Part shown: in pieces, positions 9,965 through 19,718 of the stretch
Layout of the letters: every line of letters starts with the position of its first letter
Position numbering within the stretch: the stretch's first letter is position 1
NCBI GenBank assembly: GCA_043813365.1
Contig: JBDRLB010000029.1
Coordinates: forward strand, 1-57,058
DNA from: Candidatus Micrarchaeota archaeon
Lineage (GTDB): Archaea > Micrarchaeota > Micrarchaeia > Norongarragalinales > SBBD01
DNA: 57,058 nt
Reading direction: 5' to 3'
Notes under the pieces: model-generated
What the model saw: the letters and a program-made list of their open reading frames with translations, nothing else
Told to the model about the DNA's origin: nothing
Databases searched by the model: none
Translations under genes and position numbers: made by a program

Positions 9965-10528
9965 ATGCAAAAAGGTGCCTTGGTTATGCCGTCTTCCGAT
10001 ATCAAAAAAATTACCGAATTTATTTTCGAAATGGGCGAGCTGAAGCGCATCAAGCGCAGCGGCTGGTGGAACGTCAAAATAACAAATCCGGAATCCGTTG
10101 CGGAGCATTCATTCAGGGCGGCAATTATTGCTTACGAGCTTGCGTTGCTGGAAAATCATACCTCTCCGGAAAAGATCGCCTTTGCTGCTTTGATGCATGA
10201 TGCAACCGAGAGCAGGCTTTTAGACCTCCATAAAATCTCCTCGAAATATGTGGAGGGTAAGAGGGAAATTGAGGAAAAAATCTCAAAGGAGCAGCAGCAA
10301 AACAGCGGAATATATTACTCGCTCACGGCAGAGGACAAGATTATTGTCAAGGACGCGGACCTGCTTGAAATGGCCTTTACCGCCAAGGAATACATGGACG
10401 CGGGCTATTTGCAGGCAAAGCTCCTATTGGATGAAGCGGGAAAAAACATTCAATCAAGTTCATCAAAACGCATTTTTATCGAGCTTCAAAACAAACCCTC
10501 CACTGATTGGTTTAAGGATCTAGTCTGA
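9965..10528 (+). CDS. HD-domain phosphohydrolase (YfbR/HDDC2-like 5'-nucleotidase family)
   Basis: LKRIKRSGWW..ESVAEHSFRAAIIA and ALMHDATES (HD motif). TTTATAAA about 25 nt upstream. Confidence 0.8.
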   Translation: MQKGALVMPSSDIKKITEFIFEMGELKRIKRSGWWNVKITNPESVAEHSFRAAIIAYELALLENHTSPEKIAFAALMHDATESRLLDLHKISSKYVEGKREIEEKISKEQQQNSGIYYSLTAEDKIIVKDADLLEMAFTAKEYMDAGYLQAKLLLDEAGKNIQSSSSKRIFIELQNKPSTDWFKDLV

Positions 10529-10533
10529 TATTT

Positions 10534-12574
10534 ATGGAAGAAATCGCCGCATTCGAGGAATTCTTCAGGGATACGATGCTTCCGGAACTGGAAGCGCTTG
10601 CGGTAACTTTTCCCGAAAACCGCTCGCTAACAATTGATTACCGCAGGCTCGAGCAATTCAGCCCCGAGCTTGCAGATGAACTCATGGCAAAGCCGGATGA
10701 TTTCATCAAGGCAGCCGATGCCGCAATTGAAAACCTCAACATTCCGGTCCCCAACGGCAAAAGACTGGTTGCGCATTGCCGTTTCCACCGCCTTCCCGAG
10801 AGAAGGAACATCAACGTGCTTGACTTGGGCGCCGAGCATCTGGATCAGCTGATCAAAGTGGAAGGGATAGTTTCCCTTGCTGCTGAAATAAAGCCCGTCA
10901 TAAAAGTAGCGAATTGGGAGTGCATGCATTGCGGCGAAGTGGCAAAAACAAGGCCCGAGAAGAACATCCTCAAAAACCCCGATTTCTGCAAATGCGGCAG
11001 GAGGGATTTCAAGCATCTTGAAAAGGAGGATGTGTTTGTGAACATGCAAAGCGCGCAGATGCAGGACCTGGTTGAGAAACTGAAGGGCAACGCACCCACT
11101 TCGCACATAACCCTTTGGCTGGAAGACGACCTTTGCAATATTATTGCTCCGGGTGAAAAATTCACGATCAGCGGGATACTCCGCAAGCGCCCGGTGAAAA
11201 AGGACGGCAAGCTCTCTGCAGTTTACGAGAAATTGCTGGAGGTAAACCATCTGGAGAGGATGGAAAAGGAGTTCGAGGCGCTCGAGATTTCCGAATCCGA
11301 GACAAAGGAGCTTTTGGAGCTTTCAAGGAAGCCCGATCTTGTCGATGTGATCGTCAAGAGCGTAGCGCCCTCCATCTACGGTCATGAGGAGGTGAAGCTT
11401 GCGATTGCTTTGCAGCTCTTTGGGGGGAATTACAACAAGGTCCTCCCTGACGGGAAGAAGATCCGCGGCGAGATTCATGCGTTATTAATCGGTGATCCTG
11501 GGACCAGCAAGACGACATTGCTCATGTACGTCAAGAACCTTGCCCCGAAATGCATCTATGTTTCCGGGAAAGGTACATCTGGCGTTGGGCTTACGGCGTC
11601 CGCAGAAAAAGACGAATTCGGCGAAGGTTGGGTGCTGAAAGCGGGCGCAATGGTGCTTGCCTCCGGAGGCCAGGTGAACATTGACGAAATCGATAAAATG
11701 GATGAAAACGACCGCGTTGCAATGCACGAAGCGCTGGAGTCCGGCCAGATTTCCATTGCTAAAGCGGGCATCGTCACTACTTTCAAGGCGAGAACAGCTG
11801 TGCTCGCAGCTGCAAACCCGAAGCTCGGAAGATTCAATCCCAACGAGCCTCCTGCCTCGCAATTCGACATTTCCCCCACGCTTCAAAGCAGATTTGATTT
11901 TGATCTTTCCCATAAAAGACGTGCTTGACGAATCAAAGGATCGGAAGCTTGCGGAGCACATCCTGAAAGGCCACCGGTATGATGCTTTGAATCCCGATGC
12001 GAGGGATGCGGCGCTGATCCCGCCTGTTCCTGTAGAGCTGCTTAGGAAATACATCGCATATGCGCGCAAGAATTTCTCGCCCGTACTTTCGGATGAGGCA
12101 TCCGACAAAATCAAGGAGTTCTATTTGCGTTTAAGGCGGCTTGGGGAAAAGCAGAACAATTACCCCGTTACTGCTAGGCAAATAGAGGGGCTGATACGCT
12201 TATCCGAAGCAAGCGCGAAAATGCGGTTCTCCGATTCGGTTGAGTCGGAAGATGCGGACCGCGCGATCAAGCTGACCGATTTCGTCTTGCAAACCGTATT
12301 CATGGATAGGGAAACCGGGCGCATTGATTCCGACATCATCAATATCGGGCAGGCAAAAAGCCGCACTGACCGCGCGAGAACCATTCTTTCCATCATAGAG
12401 GAAAAGGAAAAAACGGTTGACATGGTTTCAGTTGAGGATATTGTGAAGGAAGCGGAGAAAGTGGGCATCGACGAGCCAACTGCAAGGAGGATTATTGAGG
12501 AGCTCCATCGCCAGACGGAAATCTACCGGCCGAAATCCGGTCATGTAAAAACCTCCCGGAGAGTAAGGGAGTAA
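10534..12574 (+). CDS. mcm: MCM replicative helicase; reading frame interrupted by one extra T at about 11899 (two ORFs, 10534..11928 and 11681..12574)
   Basis: N-terminal OB/zinc finger (CMHCG...CKCG), Walker A GDPGTSKT, Walker B IDEIDKM, sensor ANPKLGRF. Arginine finger SRFD is then shifted; removing one T from GATTTTGATC restores SRFDLIFPIKD and a C-terminal winged-helix tail. Confidence 0.9.
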
Positions 12575-12623
12575 CTAACGGCGGCATCTAAACACTTATA
12601 TTTCCAGCCTCCCAAACCGGTTC

Positions 12624-12974
12624 ATGGGTAAAATTGCCATCCTGTTGCTGTTCGTCATACCGTTCCTGCTTCTTTCGGGCTGCAATACCAAGCGCGAGCT
12701 GAAAACTGCAGTATGCATCGTAAAATCCCAGCCTGCTGAAAACGAGTGCCTCGAACGGCTCGCAATCGATGCCAAGGGCACCGCCCCTTGCGACCGCATA
12801 AAGACGCTGCACTTGGCAAACGGCACCATCGTCCTTCCCACAAAGGTCACATGCTATTCCGAAGTCGCTTATTGGAAAGGGGAGGAAAGCATCTGCAACG
12901 GCCTTTCTTCTGATGCCGAAATAAGCGAGTGCAAGTACCGCTACAGCCTCTACATGAAAACAGCAAGGCAATAA
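12624..12974 (+). CDS. small secreted Cys-rich protein with lipobox-like signal peptide (LLSGC)
   Basis: N-terminal hydrophobic signal ending LLSG|C. 8 Cys in the mature part. TTATATT about 25 nt upstream of the ATG. Confidence 0.6.
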   Translation: MGKIAILLLFVIPFLLLSGCNTKRELKTAVCIVKSQPAENECLERLAIDAKGTAPCDRIKTLHLANGTIVLPTKVTCYSEVAYWKGEESICNGLSSDAEISECKYRYSLYMKTARQ

Positions 12975-12985
12975 ATGGTGTATTC

Positions 12986-13543
12986 ATGAAGCACCTCATC
13001 AGGAATGCGATCAAGCAACAAAGGGAGCTGCGCTCCGCAATAAAACTCAAAAAAACCAGCCTCAAAATATGCGATTCGCTCATTTCAACAAAGGAATTCA
13101 GAACCGCCAAAACAATCCTGTTTTACATCCCTATCCGGAATGAAGTTGACACAAAGAAGGCAGTAGTAGCAGCAATCCGGATGGGAAAAACAGCCTGCGC
13201 CCCTTGTATCGAGCACGGGAAGCTTATCCCGAGGAAATTTTACTCTTATTCCTCGTTGGAAAAGGGAGTGTTTGGCATTCCCGAGCCTAAAAGGGGTGCG
13301 AGAATTCCGCCTTCCATAATTGACCTCATAATTGTTCCCGGCGTCGCATTCGATTTGCATGGCGGAAGGATCGGCTACGGGAAGGGATACTTCGACCGCT
13401 TCCTTCCAACCATTCCGAAGGCAAGGACAATTGCGCTCGCACACGATTTCCAGGTGGTGGGGCATTTCCGGAAGGAGCCGTACGACGTATTGGTTGAAAA
13501 AATCATAACGGAAAAGCGGAACATAACCTGCGGAACAAAATAA
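12986..13543 (+). CDS. 5-formyltetrahydrofolate cyclo-ligase (MTHFS)
   Basis: ILFYIPIRNEVDT and IIVPGVAFDLHGGRIGYGKGYFDRFL family motifs. Start taken at ATG 12986. Confidence 0.8.
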   Translation: MKHLIRNAIKQQRELRSAIKLKKTSLKICDSLISTKEFRTAKTILFYIPIRNEVDTKKAVVAAIRMGKTACAPCIEHGKLIPRKFYSYSSLEKGVFGIPEPKRGARIPPSIIDLIIVPGVAFDLHGGRIGYGKGYFDRFLPTIPKARTIALAHDFQVVGHFRKEPYDVLVEKIITEKRNITCGTK

Positions 13544-13585
13544 TGCCGGCTTCCCCTCAACCCAACAATCATTAATAACGTTCAC

Positions 13586-13595
13586 TTTTATTTAA
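13586..13595 (+). promoter_or_regulatory. TATA-box-like element for ppcA (leaderless)
   Basis: TTTTATTTAA centred about 24 nt upstream of ATG 13614. Confidence 0.45.
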
Positions 13596-13613
13596 TTGGG
13601 AGTGGGAAGGGAA

Positions 13614-15110
13614 ATGAGGAAGATACCGCATACAATGGCAACGCAGCATCCCGACAATGCAGCAAAACACCATTTTTCAGGCAAGGCGTTTGTCACAACT
13701 CAGGAGGAGGTTGACGAGTGCTTCAATGCATATTCGGAGCTGAACTGCAAGGAGTACATGTGGGACTGGGAAGGCAAGCATGTCGATGAGGGTGTTACCG
13801 ATAAACTGATCGAGAGCCATTTCGAATACTTCCAGAAAAACCAGCTGGGGAGGGACCTGTTCCTGACCTTCAGGATACCGAATATCTGGGTTGAGAAGGG
13901 CTATAGGGTTGCGCGCGCATTCGCAAATATCATCGCGGCAAACGACTTCATGGAAGAGATGAAGCTCCACGCGCCTCCTCTTTTCGAGCTCATCCTGCCC
14001 ATGACAACTTCCGCGCAGAAGCTGTTTTTCATCCGCTCAAAATATTCCGAAATAGTGAAGGCGTTCGAATTCGTAAAGGAACCCGGGCCTTCGGACATAA
14101 GCCTGATACCGCTCATTGAGGAGCCGGAGCTGATGCTGAATGCGCACAACCTTCTTGAGGAATACCGCGAGATTTGCATGCGCTCATCTTTCAAGAAATA
14201 TGAGATTGAATATATCCGGCCGTTCATTGCAAGAAGCGATCCCGCGCTGACATCGGGTCATGTGCCTGCTGTAATCAGTGCGAAAGCCGCACTTTCGAGG
14301 TTCGCCGAATTTTCCGAGAGGACGGGCATTCCAACTTATCCGATCATCGGAGTCGGCTCGCTCCCATTCAGGGGAGGGCTATCCCCCGAAACCATCGAGG
14401 ATTTTGAAAATCAATATGCGGGCGTGCGAACTGTGACCGTGCAATCCGGCTTCAGGGCGGATTATCCGGAGGAGGACGTGAAAAAAGGCATTCACAAGCT
14501 GAATGACGGCTTGTCCGGGAAAGCAAAAATTTACTCGGAGGAAGAAATTGGCGAAATCCGGAAACTCAACAAGATGTTTTCGGGCTTTTATGAGCACACC
14601 GTTGAAAACCTTGCGGGAGTTGTCGAAATTTCCAAATTCGTCCCGCAAAGGAGGGAGAGGAAGCTTCACATAGGCTTGCTTGGTTATTCTAGGCAAGTGG
14701 GGAACAAGAAAATGCCCCGTGCAATCCCGTTCACGTGCGCATTTTACTCGCTAGGCGTGCCGCCGGAATTCATCGGCACCGGCAGGGGAATGAAGGCAGC
14801 TGAAAAGGAAAAATTGCTTGAATTCCTGCTTGATGAAAACAAACACCTGAAAAATGAACTGCTGAGGGCAGGAAATTACCTGAACAAGGAGAATCTTGCC
14901 GTATTCGCAAAATCCTCCCCGGAATGGAAGGACGTGCAGGAGGATGTGAAACTTGCGGAAGAGCTTCTAGGAGTCGAGTTCGCCCCGAAGGAATCCGAGC
15001 ACATGATCCACCGCAACATAACTTCCAACATCCGCCTCCTGATGCATGCGAAGAAGGACATTTCTGCCGATCTGCTGAAAGCTGCTGAAATTAGGAGAAG
15101 CCTGGGTTAA
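13614..15110 (+). CDS. ppcA: archaeal-type phosphoenolpyruvate carboxylase
   Basis: MATQHPDN hallmark near the N terminus. Length of about 500 aa is typical of the archaeal PEPC family. Confidence 0.85.
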   Translation: MRKIPHTMATQHPDNAAKHHFSGKAFVTTQEEVDECFNAYSELNCKEYMWDWEGKHVDEGVTDKLIESHFEYFQKNQLGRDLFLTFRIPNIWVEKGYRVARAFANIIAANDFMEEMKLHAPPLFELILPMTTSAQKLFFIRSKYSEIVKAFEFVKEPGPSDISLIPLIEEPELMLNAHNLLEEYREICMRSSFKKYEIEYIRPFIARSDPALTSGHVPAVISAKAALSRFAEFSERTGIPTYPIIGVGSLPFRGGLSPETIEDFENQYAGVRTVTVQSGFRADYPEEDVKKGIHKLNDGLSGKAKIYSEEEIGEIRKLNKMFSGFYEHTVENLAGVVEISKFVPQRRERKLHIGLLGYSRQVGNKKMPRAIPFTCAFYSLGVPPEFIGTGRGMKAAEKEKLLEFLLDENKHLKNELLRAGNYLNKENLAVFAKSSPEWKDVQEDVKLAEELLGVEFAPKESEHMIHRNITSNIRLLMHAKKDISADLLKAAEIRRSLG

Positions 15111-15111
15111 C

Positions 15112-15531
15112 TCATACTCGGGCCTTACTGCTGTCGGCTCGGACCCTACTCTTGGAATTCCTTATTGCGTTCTTGATCAGGACAGCTGCAAACCTCATGT
15201 CTGCCTTATTCGATAGCTGTGCGGCCACATTTGCAGCCTCAAAATAGTGGTGTATGTGCAGCCTCGAGCCTCTGGGCGCCGACCTCAGTTCCAAACCCGC
15301 CTCTAGCCGCGGCCCAAAATGCTTCTTCATTACTCCTAGCATCAGCCTGGCGCCTTCATGCGGCTTCCCGGCAACTGAAAAATCCGCAGAAGCAGCGCTG
15401 AAATCGGACATCATTTCATACGGACTGACAGTGCCCCTATCCCGCTTCTCCAGATTGAATAGCAATGATCTCCCGCGCTTCTCTGCAACTTCCCTGCGGT
15501 CGCCCCTGAGCCCTTTTATTGGAATTGCCAT
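15112..15531 (-). CDS. hypothetical protein (139 aa)
   Basis: ATG ORF convergent with ppcA (1-nt spacer). An Rx4H string (RGSRLH) is present but is not enough to call HEPN. Confidence 0.4.
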   Translation of the reverse strand: MAIPIKGLRGDRREVAEKRGRSLLFNLEKRDRGTVSPYEMMSDFSAASADFSVAGKPHEGARLMLGVMKKHFGPRLEAGLELRSAPRGSRLHIHHYFEAANVAAQLSNKADMRFAAVLIKNAIRNSKSRVRADSSKARV

Positions 15532-15615
15532 GTGTCATTATCCGACTGTTAAAAATAATAATCCATCATTCCGCCTACCTTAAAATACTGCCTTTGCCTT
15601 ATGGTTCCGGTTTCC

Positions 15616-16662
15616 ATGCGTGTTCTGAAGTTCGATCGGGAACTGCAGGAGCTCAAGGCTTCCGTAGAGACTTTGGAGGATTTATGGTTTCTAAGGAAGC
15701 TCATTGAGAAGGGGGATATCCTGCTAGCCACGTCTTTCAGGAGGTTCAAATCGGAAGACAAGCTCCGTCCCGACTCCGGGGAAAAGAAAATAGTCCATCT
15801 CGAGCTGGCGGTAGAAGAGGTCGAAATAGCGGAAAGCGCCAACAAGCTGCGCGTTTCAGGAAAAATTCTCTCTGGCAACCCGCCAGAATTCGTGCAAAAG
15901 GGCTCCCATCACACAATCGATCTGGAGATGAAGGGCGTTTTTACATTGAAGAAGGAATTTTTGGCGTACCATCAAAAATTGATTTCGGATTCTAAGAAAA
16001 AAGCGGCGCAAGTAAAAGCGTTAATTGTTGTCATGGATGAGCACAAGGCGCTGCTAGCTCAACTTAGGAATGATGGGCTCAAGTTCATGTTCGAAATAGA
16101 GAATTCTGCCAGCAAGCGGGACCTTGAAAGATTCCGGAAGGAGAAGGAGGATTTTTTCAGGGAGCTTATGGAGGCAATTGGAAGGGAAAATTCCGAGAGG
16201 GTGCTAATAGCGTCGCCCGCATTTGCAAAAGACGAGTTCCGCGATTATGTTGCGGAGAAGGATCCTAAGTTAGGGAAAACATTCCTGTATGAGCATGTAA
16301 GCAGCGCCGAAAAAACAGCCGTTTATGAGCTTCTAAAGAAAGGAGCGCTGGAAAAGTTGATTTCCGAGCAGAAGGTGCAAAAGGAATTTGGGGCGCTTGA
16401 GAGGCTGAAAGCATCTTTAGGAAGAAGCGACGGTCTTAGCTGCTATGGTTTGGAGGAAGTGAAGAACGCGATTTCCATGAGGGCAGTTTCCGAGCTGCTG
16501 ATAGAGGACGAGATGCTCCGGAAAGACCGCGATGCAAATGCCATGCTCGAAAAAGCGGAGCATTCCGGCGCAAAAATACTGATCTTCAATTCGGAGGACG
16601 ATGCCGGAAGGGAATTTGCGGCCTTCAAAATCGCTGCGTTGCTGAGATTCAGGGCCTTCTAA
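15616..16662 (+). CDS. pelota (Dom34) mRNA surveillance / ribosome rescue factor
   Basis: MRVLKFD...LEDLWFLRKLIEKGDIL N-terminal domain, eRF1-like central and C-terminal domains. Start at ATG 15616 fits TTAAAATA at 15579-15586. Confidence 0.85.
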   Translation: MRVLKFDRELQELKASVETLEDLWFLRKLIEKGDILLATSFRRFKSEDKLRPDSGEKKIVHLELAVEEVEIAESANKLRVSGKILSGNPPEFVQKGSHHTIDLEMKGVFTLKKEFLAYHQKLISDSKKKAAQVKALIVVMDEHKALLAQLRNDGLKFMFEIENSASKRDLERFRKEKEDFFRELMEAIGRENSERVLIASPAFAKDEFRDYVAEKDPKLGKTFLYEHVSSAEKTAVYELLKKGALEKLISEQKVQKEFGALERLKASLGRSDGLSCYGLEEVKNAISMRAVSELLIEDEMLRKDRDANAMLEKAEHSGAKILIFNSEDDAGREFAAFKIAALLRFRAF

Positions 16663-16710
16663 TGTAAAGGAAAATCCATCCGATATCCGACTAATCTGCT
16701 GCAACAGAAG

Positions 16711-16941
16711 TCAATGCATCTTCTTCAGGCATATGTAGCTGATGAATATCACGATTACCGCATAGACCGTCACGTAGTGCTCCTTCGGGACGAACCTGAA
16801 CACGAATAGCCTTGAAAACATCGCGAAGGAGAGCAGCAGGAAGAAGAAAAGTATCAGGCTTGCGATTTTCGTGTTGAGGAAGTGGTGCCTCCAGATGCTC
16901 ACCTCCTTTGGCAGCGGCGCTTTCCTTTCGGGCTTTTTCAT
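16711..16941 (-). CDS. small membrane protein (76 aa, 2 TM)
   Basis: TATAAAA centred about 25 nt upstream of the ATG (leaderless geometry). Two hydrophobic helices. Confidence 0.5.
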   Translation of the reverse strand: MKKPERKAPLPKEVSIWRHHFLNTKIASLILFFFLLLSFAMFSRLFVFRFVPKEHYVTVYAVIVIFISYICLKKMH

Positions 16942-16996
16942 ATTTACAATTATGCTTTGCTGTTTTATAATCTTATTGACTAAAAGGCGGGAAAAG

Positions 16997-17293
16997 TCAC
17001 CACGTGTCCTTGTCCTTCATGGAAGCGTCTCCCTTGTAGCCCGCATAAAGCAATGCCGCGACTATCAGCAGGAAGCCCGGAACCATGTAGTTGAATGCGA
17101 CCATCAAGGCTCCGGCTAGTCCCATCAGTCCCGGCACTTGCTGCCTTCTCCAATCCACTACGCCCTCATAGGGGGGCATGTTTGCACTCTCTTTGAGATT
17201 ATGAGGGAAAGGGGGCTGTTGTTTTGGAATTGCCTCCAATAAAGCCAGTGCCCGCCTTTCCCGGGATTTCTCCCATAATACTCCCGCTCCCAT
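16997..17293 (-). CDS. small membrane protein (start uncertain; alternative ATG at 17179)
   Basis: C-terminal two hydrophobic helices. TATA-like CTATTTATAAC sits directly on ATG 17293, so the shorter form is possible. Confidence 0.4.
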   Translation of the reverse strand: MGAGVLWEKSRERRALALLEAIPKQQPPFPHNLKESANMPPYEGVVDWRRQQVPGLMGLAGALMVAFNYMVPGFLLIVAALLYAGYKGDASMKDKDTW

Positions 17294-17351
17294 GTTATAA
17301 ATAGTTTTTGGATTCCAAAAAGGTTAGACGATCATCGAAAAGCGGGCAGCT

Positions 17352-18050
17352 TTACCATCTTTTTATCAGCTGCTGCGCGTCTTCATATCGCGGGAACTTC
17401 TTTTCATCGATATGAAATTCCCGGTGGTGAACTCGCCTCCTCTTTCCGTATTTGGGGTCATGCTTTGCGTGCAGCAGCTCGTGGAAAATCAGGTATTCGA
17501 GGAAGTACTGCGGGCACCTTTCCGAATCGAATTTCCTGCTTACTACTATTTGGTCAAATGCGGCGTCGTAGAACGCTAGGCGGCGGCGCGAGATTTGCTT
17601 GCTCCAAACGATGGTGGGTTTTTGCACATTCTCGAACATGGCAGAATTTTCCATTACTACTTTATCCAGCAGCAAATTAAGGTCATATGCAATCCCGCTT
17701 GAAAATTCCTTGCGTTTCCTTCCGCGTTTTTCCCTGAGCGATTCATGCAAGCCGTGCATCCCCTTTCCATTGAGGGAATTGAATTCCTCAAGGAAAACGG
17801 CCGCGCTGCCCCCGATGTGCCGGATGCGGAACAGCTTCCTCATCAAATCAATTGCCAAGCCGGTAAGCGCATTGAGCGAGGCTGCCTTGTATCCATCCGA
17901 AATTCTCGCAACAATGGCCCCCCCTTTGAATCTGATGTTTCCCTTCAGGCCCGCATAGGGATGGAATTTCGCTTCATACCTGAAATTGTCCCTCCCAAGC
18001 AGCTTTGCTGCTGTTCCAAATGCAGCCTGAAGGTCGTATTCGTCGGACAT
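17352..18050 (-). CDS. HExxH metal-dependent hydrolase (DUF45/YgjP/SprT-like)
   Basis: FHELLHAKHD...VHHREFHIDEKKFPRYEDAQQL matches the YgjP-type C-terminal module. Start at ATG 18050 because TTATAAT overlaps ATG 18083. Confidence 0.6.
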   Translation of the reverse strand: MSDEYDLQAAFGTAAKLLGRDNFRYEAKFHPYAGLKGNIRFKGGAIVARISDGYKAASLNALTGLAIDLMRKLFRIRHIGGSAAVFLEEFNSLNGKGMHGLHESLREKRGRKRKEFSSGIAYDLNLLLDKVVMENSAMFENVQKPTIVWSKQISRRRLAFYDAAFDQIVVSRKFDSERCPQYFLEYLIFHELLHAKHDPKYGKRRRVHHREFHIDEKKFPRYEDAQQLIKRW

Positions 18051-18180
18051 ATTTGCAGTCAATAGGTTTGAAACGCATAACATTATAATCTGAAGTTAAT
18101 GAGATGGTCATTAACGCAACGCAGGCAATGCCCCGCCCCCATGAGCAATGTTTATTAGTCCATGACTTTAAGCTTTTATC

Positions 18181-19005
18181 ATGCCTAAAATATGGCTCTT
18201 GCATGGAAAAGGAGAGGAGGAATCTGCGAAAATAATCGCGGAACGGTTGAAAGCGCTTGGAAACTCCGTAAGAACGATTCCGTCTCCTTACGATTCTGGA
18301 GAATACCGCATGCTGGTTAAGGGCGCCATCGCGGAATTTGGCCGGACCGGGCAAAAGGCAATTCCTGAAAATAAATCCGAAAGAAAAGCCGGTTCGATTT
18401 TATCCCCCGAAGACGCTGCAGTTTCGATTCTGCAGCAGACTAATAAATTAGGAACGCAGGAAAAGGAACGGAAAACAAACCCCCTGTTATTTGAGGCAAG
18501 CGATAGGTATGAAGCAGCGATCGCAAGAATCCAGAAAAAGGCTTTGAAAAAAGGCATATTTATCGCAAGAATAGTGTCGTCCTTCTATATTGCCGACAAC
18601 GCGTCCAAACTGCCCGAAAAGGGAGAGATTCCGCTCGTGCACACGGATGCCCATAAACTTTCGGATGCTGTTGCAGGCATAGTGTTAGATCGCAAACCGA
18701 TCGCCGGAAGTGATTATTCCGGCATCCTCGCATACCGTGACGGTAGGCATCCCCTCGCCTTGACCTTAGATTTGCCCCACTATGTTATCGATAGGCAATC
18801 CCCCCATAATGGCAGGTTCCCCCATTTTGCAACGAACGTTCTGGGTGTTCAAATGGAAAAAAAACAGCCCAAGTCCATTCGTCAAATAGGGGCGAGTCGG
18901 GGGTACTTTGTCGAGAGGGAGGATTTGCATGAAAAAGCGGCCAAGGGAATTCATCATGAAGCAGCAAAATTCGAATTAGCCCGGCGAAAACAATTCGAAA
19001 ATTGA
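18181..19005 (+). CDS. hypothetical protein (274 aa)
   Basis: ATG ORF with TTTATTAG about 29 nt upstream. No motif recognised. Confidence 0.5.
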   Translation: MPKIWLLHGKGEEESAKIIAERLKALGNSVRTIPSPYDSGEYRMLVKGAIAEFGRTGQKAIPENKSERKAGSILSPEDAAVSILQQTNKLGTQEKERKTNPLLFEASDRYEAAIARIQKKALKKGIFIARIVSSFYIADNASKLPEKGEIPLVHTDAHKLSDAVAGIVLDRKPIAGSDYSGILAYRDGRHPLALTLDLPHYVIDRQSPHNGRFPHFATNVLGVQMEKKQPKSIRQIGASRGYFVEREDLHEKAAKGIHHEAAKFELARRKQFEN

Positions 19006-19026
19006 AGTAACGATGAACTCTAGTTC

Positions 19027-19650
19027 TCAAGCTTTATTCTCTGGCTGCAATGGGGGTGCCCGGTTATCCTTCAGGAATTTGAGCACCTCGTCGTATTTAT
19101 CCTTATTCAGCTTTCCGGATTTCAGGAGGAATTTGAGCAACTTCTTCAGCTCGATGCATGCGTGCAGATTGTAGCCCTTCTCACGAAGCTGCTCCCTGCC
19201 TCCCTGCTCCCTGTCAATAAGCACAACGATATCTTTGACGAGAAGGCCTTCGGCAAGCAATGGTTCAATCGCCTCAAATTTGCTTTTTGCGGTTGTGACC
19301 AAATCATCTATTACAATTGCAGTCTCGCCTTTGTTGTATTCGCCCTCGATCATTTTTTTAGTCCCGTAATCCTTCTGCTCTTTCCTCGTGTAGATCATCG
19401 GCTTGTTGAGAAGCAGGGAAAGGGAAGTTGCAATTGGAAGCGCTGCATAAGGGATCCCTGCAATCCTATCGTACTGCAGATGGGCTATTTTTTTCCGCAT
19501 TTCCTTTGCAACCATTTTAAGGAGTGCGGGATGGCTGACGAGCAGCCGCAGATCTATGTAGATCGGGGAGAGCATGCCGCTCTTCAGGGTGAAGGAGCCG
19601 AATTTTATCGCACCGATCTCATGCAGCTTCAAAACCAGTTTCTTGTTCAT
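19027..19650 (-). CDS. pyrE: orotate phosphoribosyltransferase
   Basis: FTLKSGMLSPIYIDLR and PRPP loop VIDDLVTTAKSK. Start at ATG 19650 (MNKKLVLKL). Confidence 0.9.
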   Translation of the reverse strand: MNKKLVLKLHEIGAIKFGSFTLKSGMLSPIYIDLRLLVSHPALLKMVAKEMRKKIAHLQYDRIAGIPYAALPIATSLSLLLNKPMIYTRKEQKDYGTKKMIEGEYNKGETAIVIDDLVTTAKSKFEAIEPLLAEGLLVKDIVVLIDREQGGREQLREKGYNLHACIELKKLLKFLLKSGKLNKDKYDEVLKFLKDNRAPPLQPENKA

Positions 19651-19718
19651 ACGATACACCCGAAAAACGGATCATTGTTCGTGCCCGCATTTTTATCCAA
19701 GCTCCTTCATATTCCCAT

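Noticed and set aside
15112-15531. Possible HEPN/DUF86 toxin based on an Rx4H string (RGSRLH / RLHIHH)
   Set aside because: The spacing to the following Tyr does not match the DUF86 RNxxxHxY motif. There is no adjacent nucleotidyltransferase antitoxin gene. A single short motif is insufficient.
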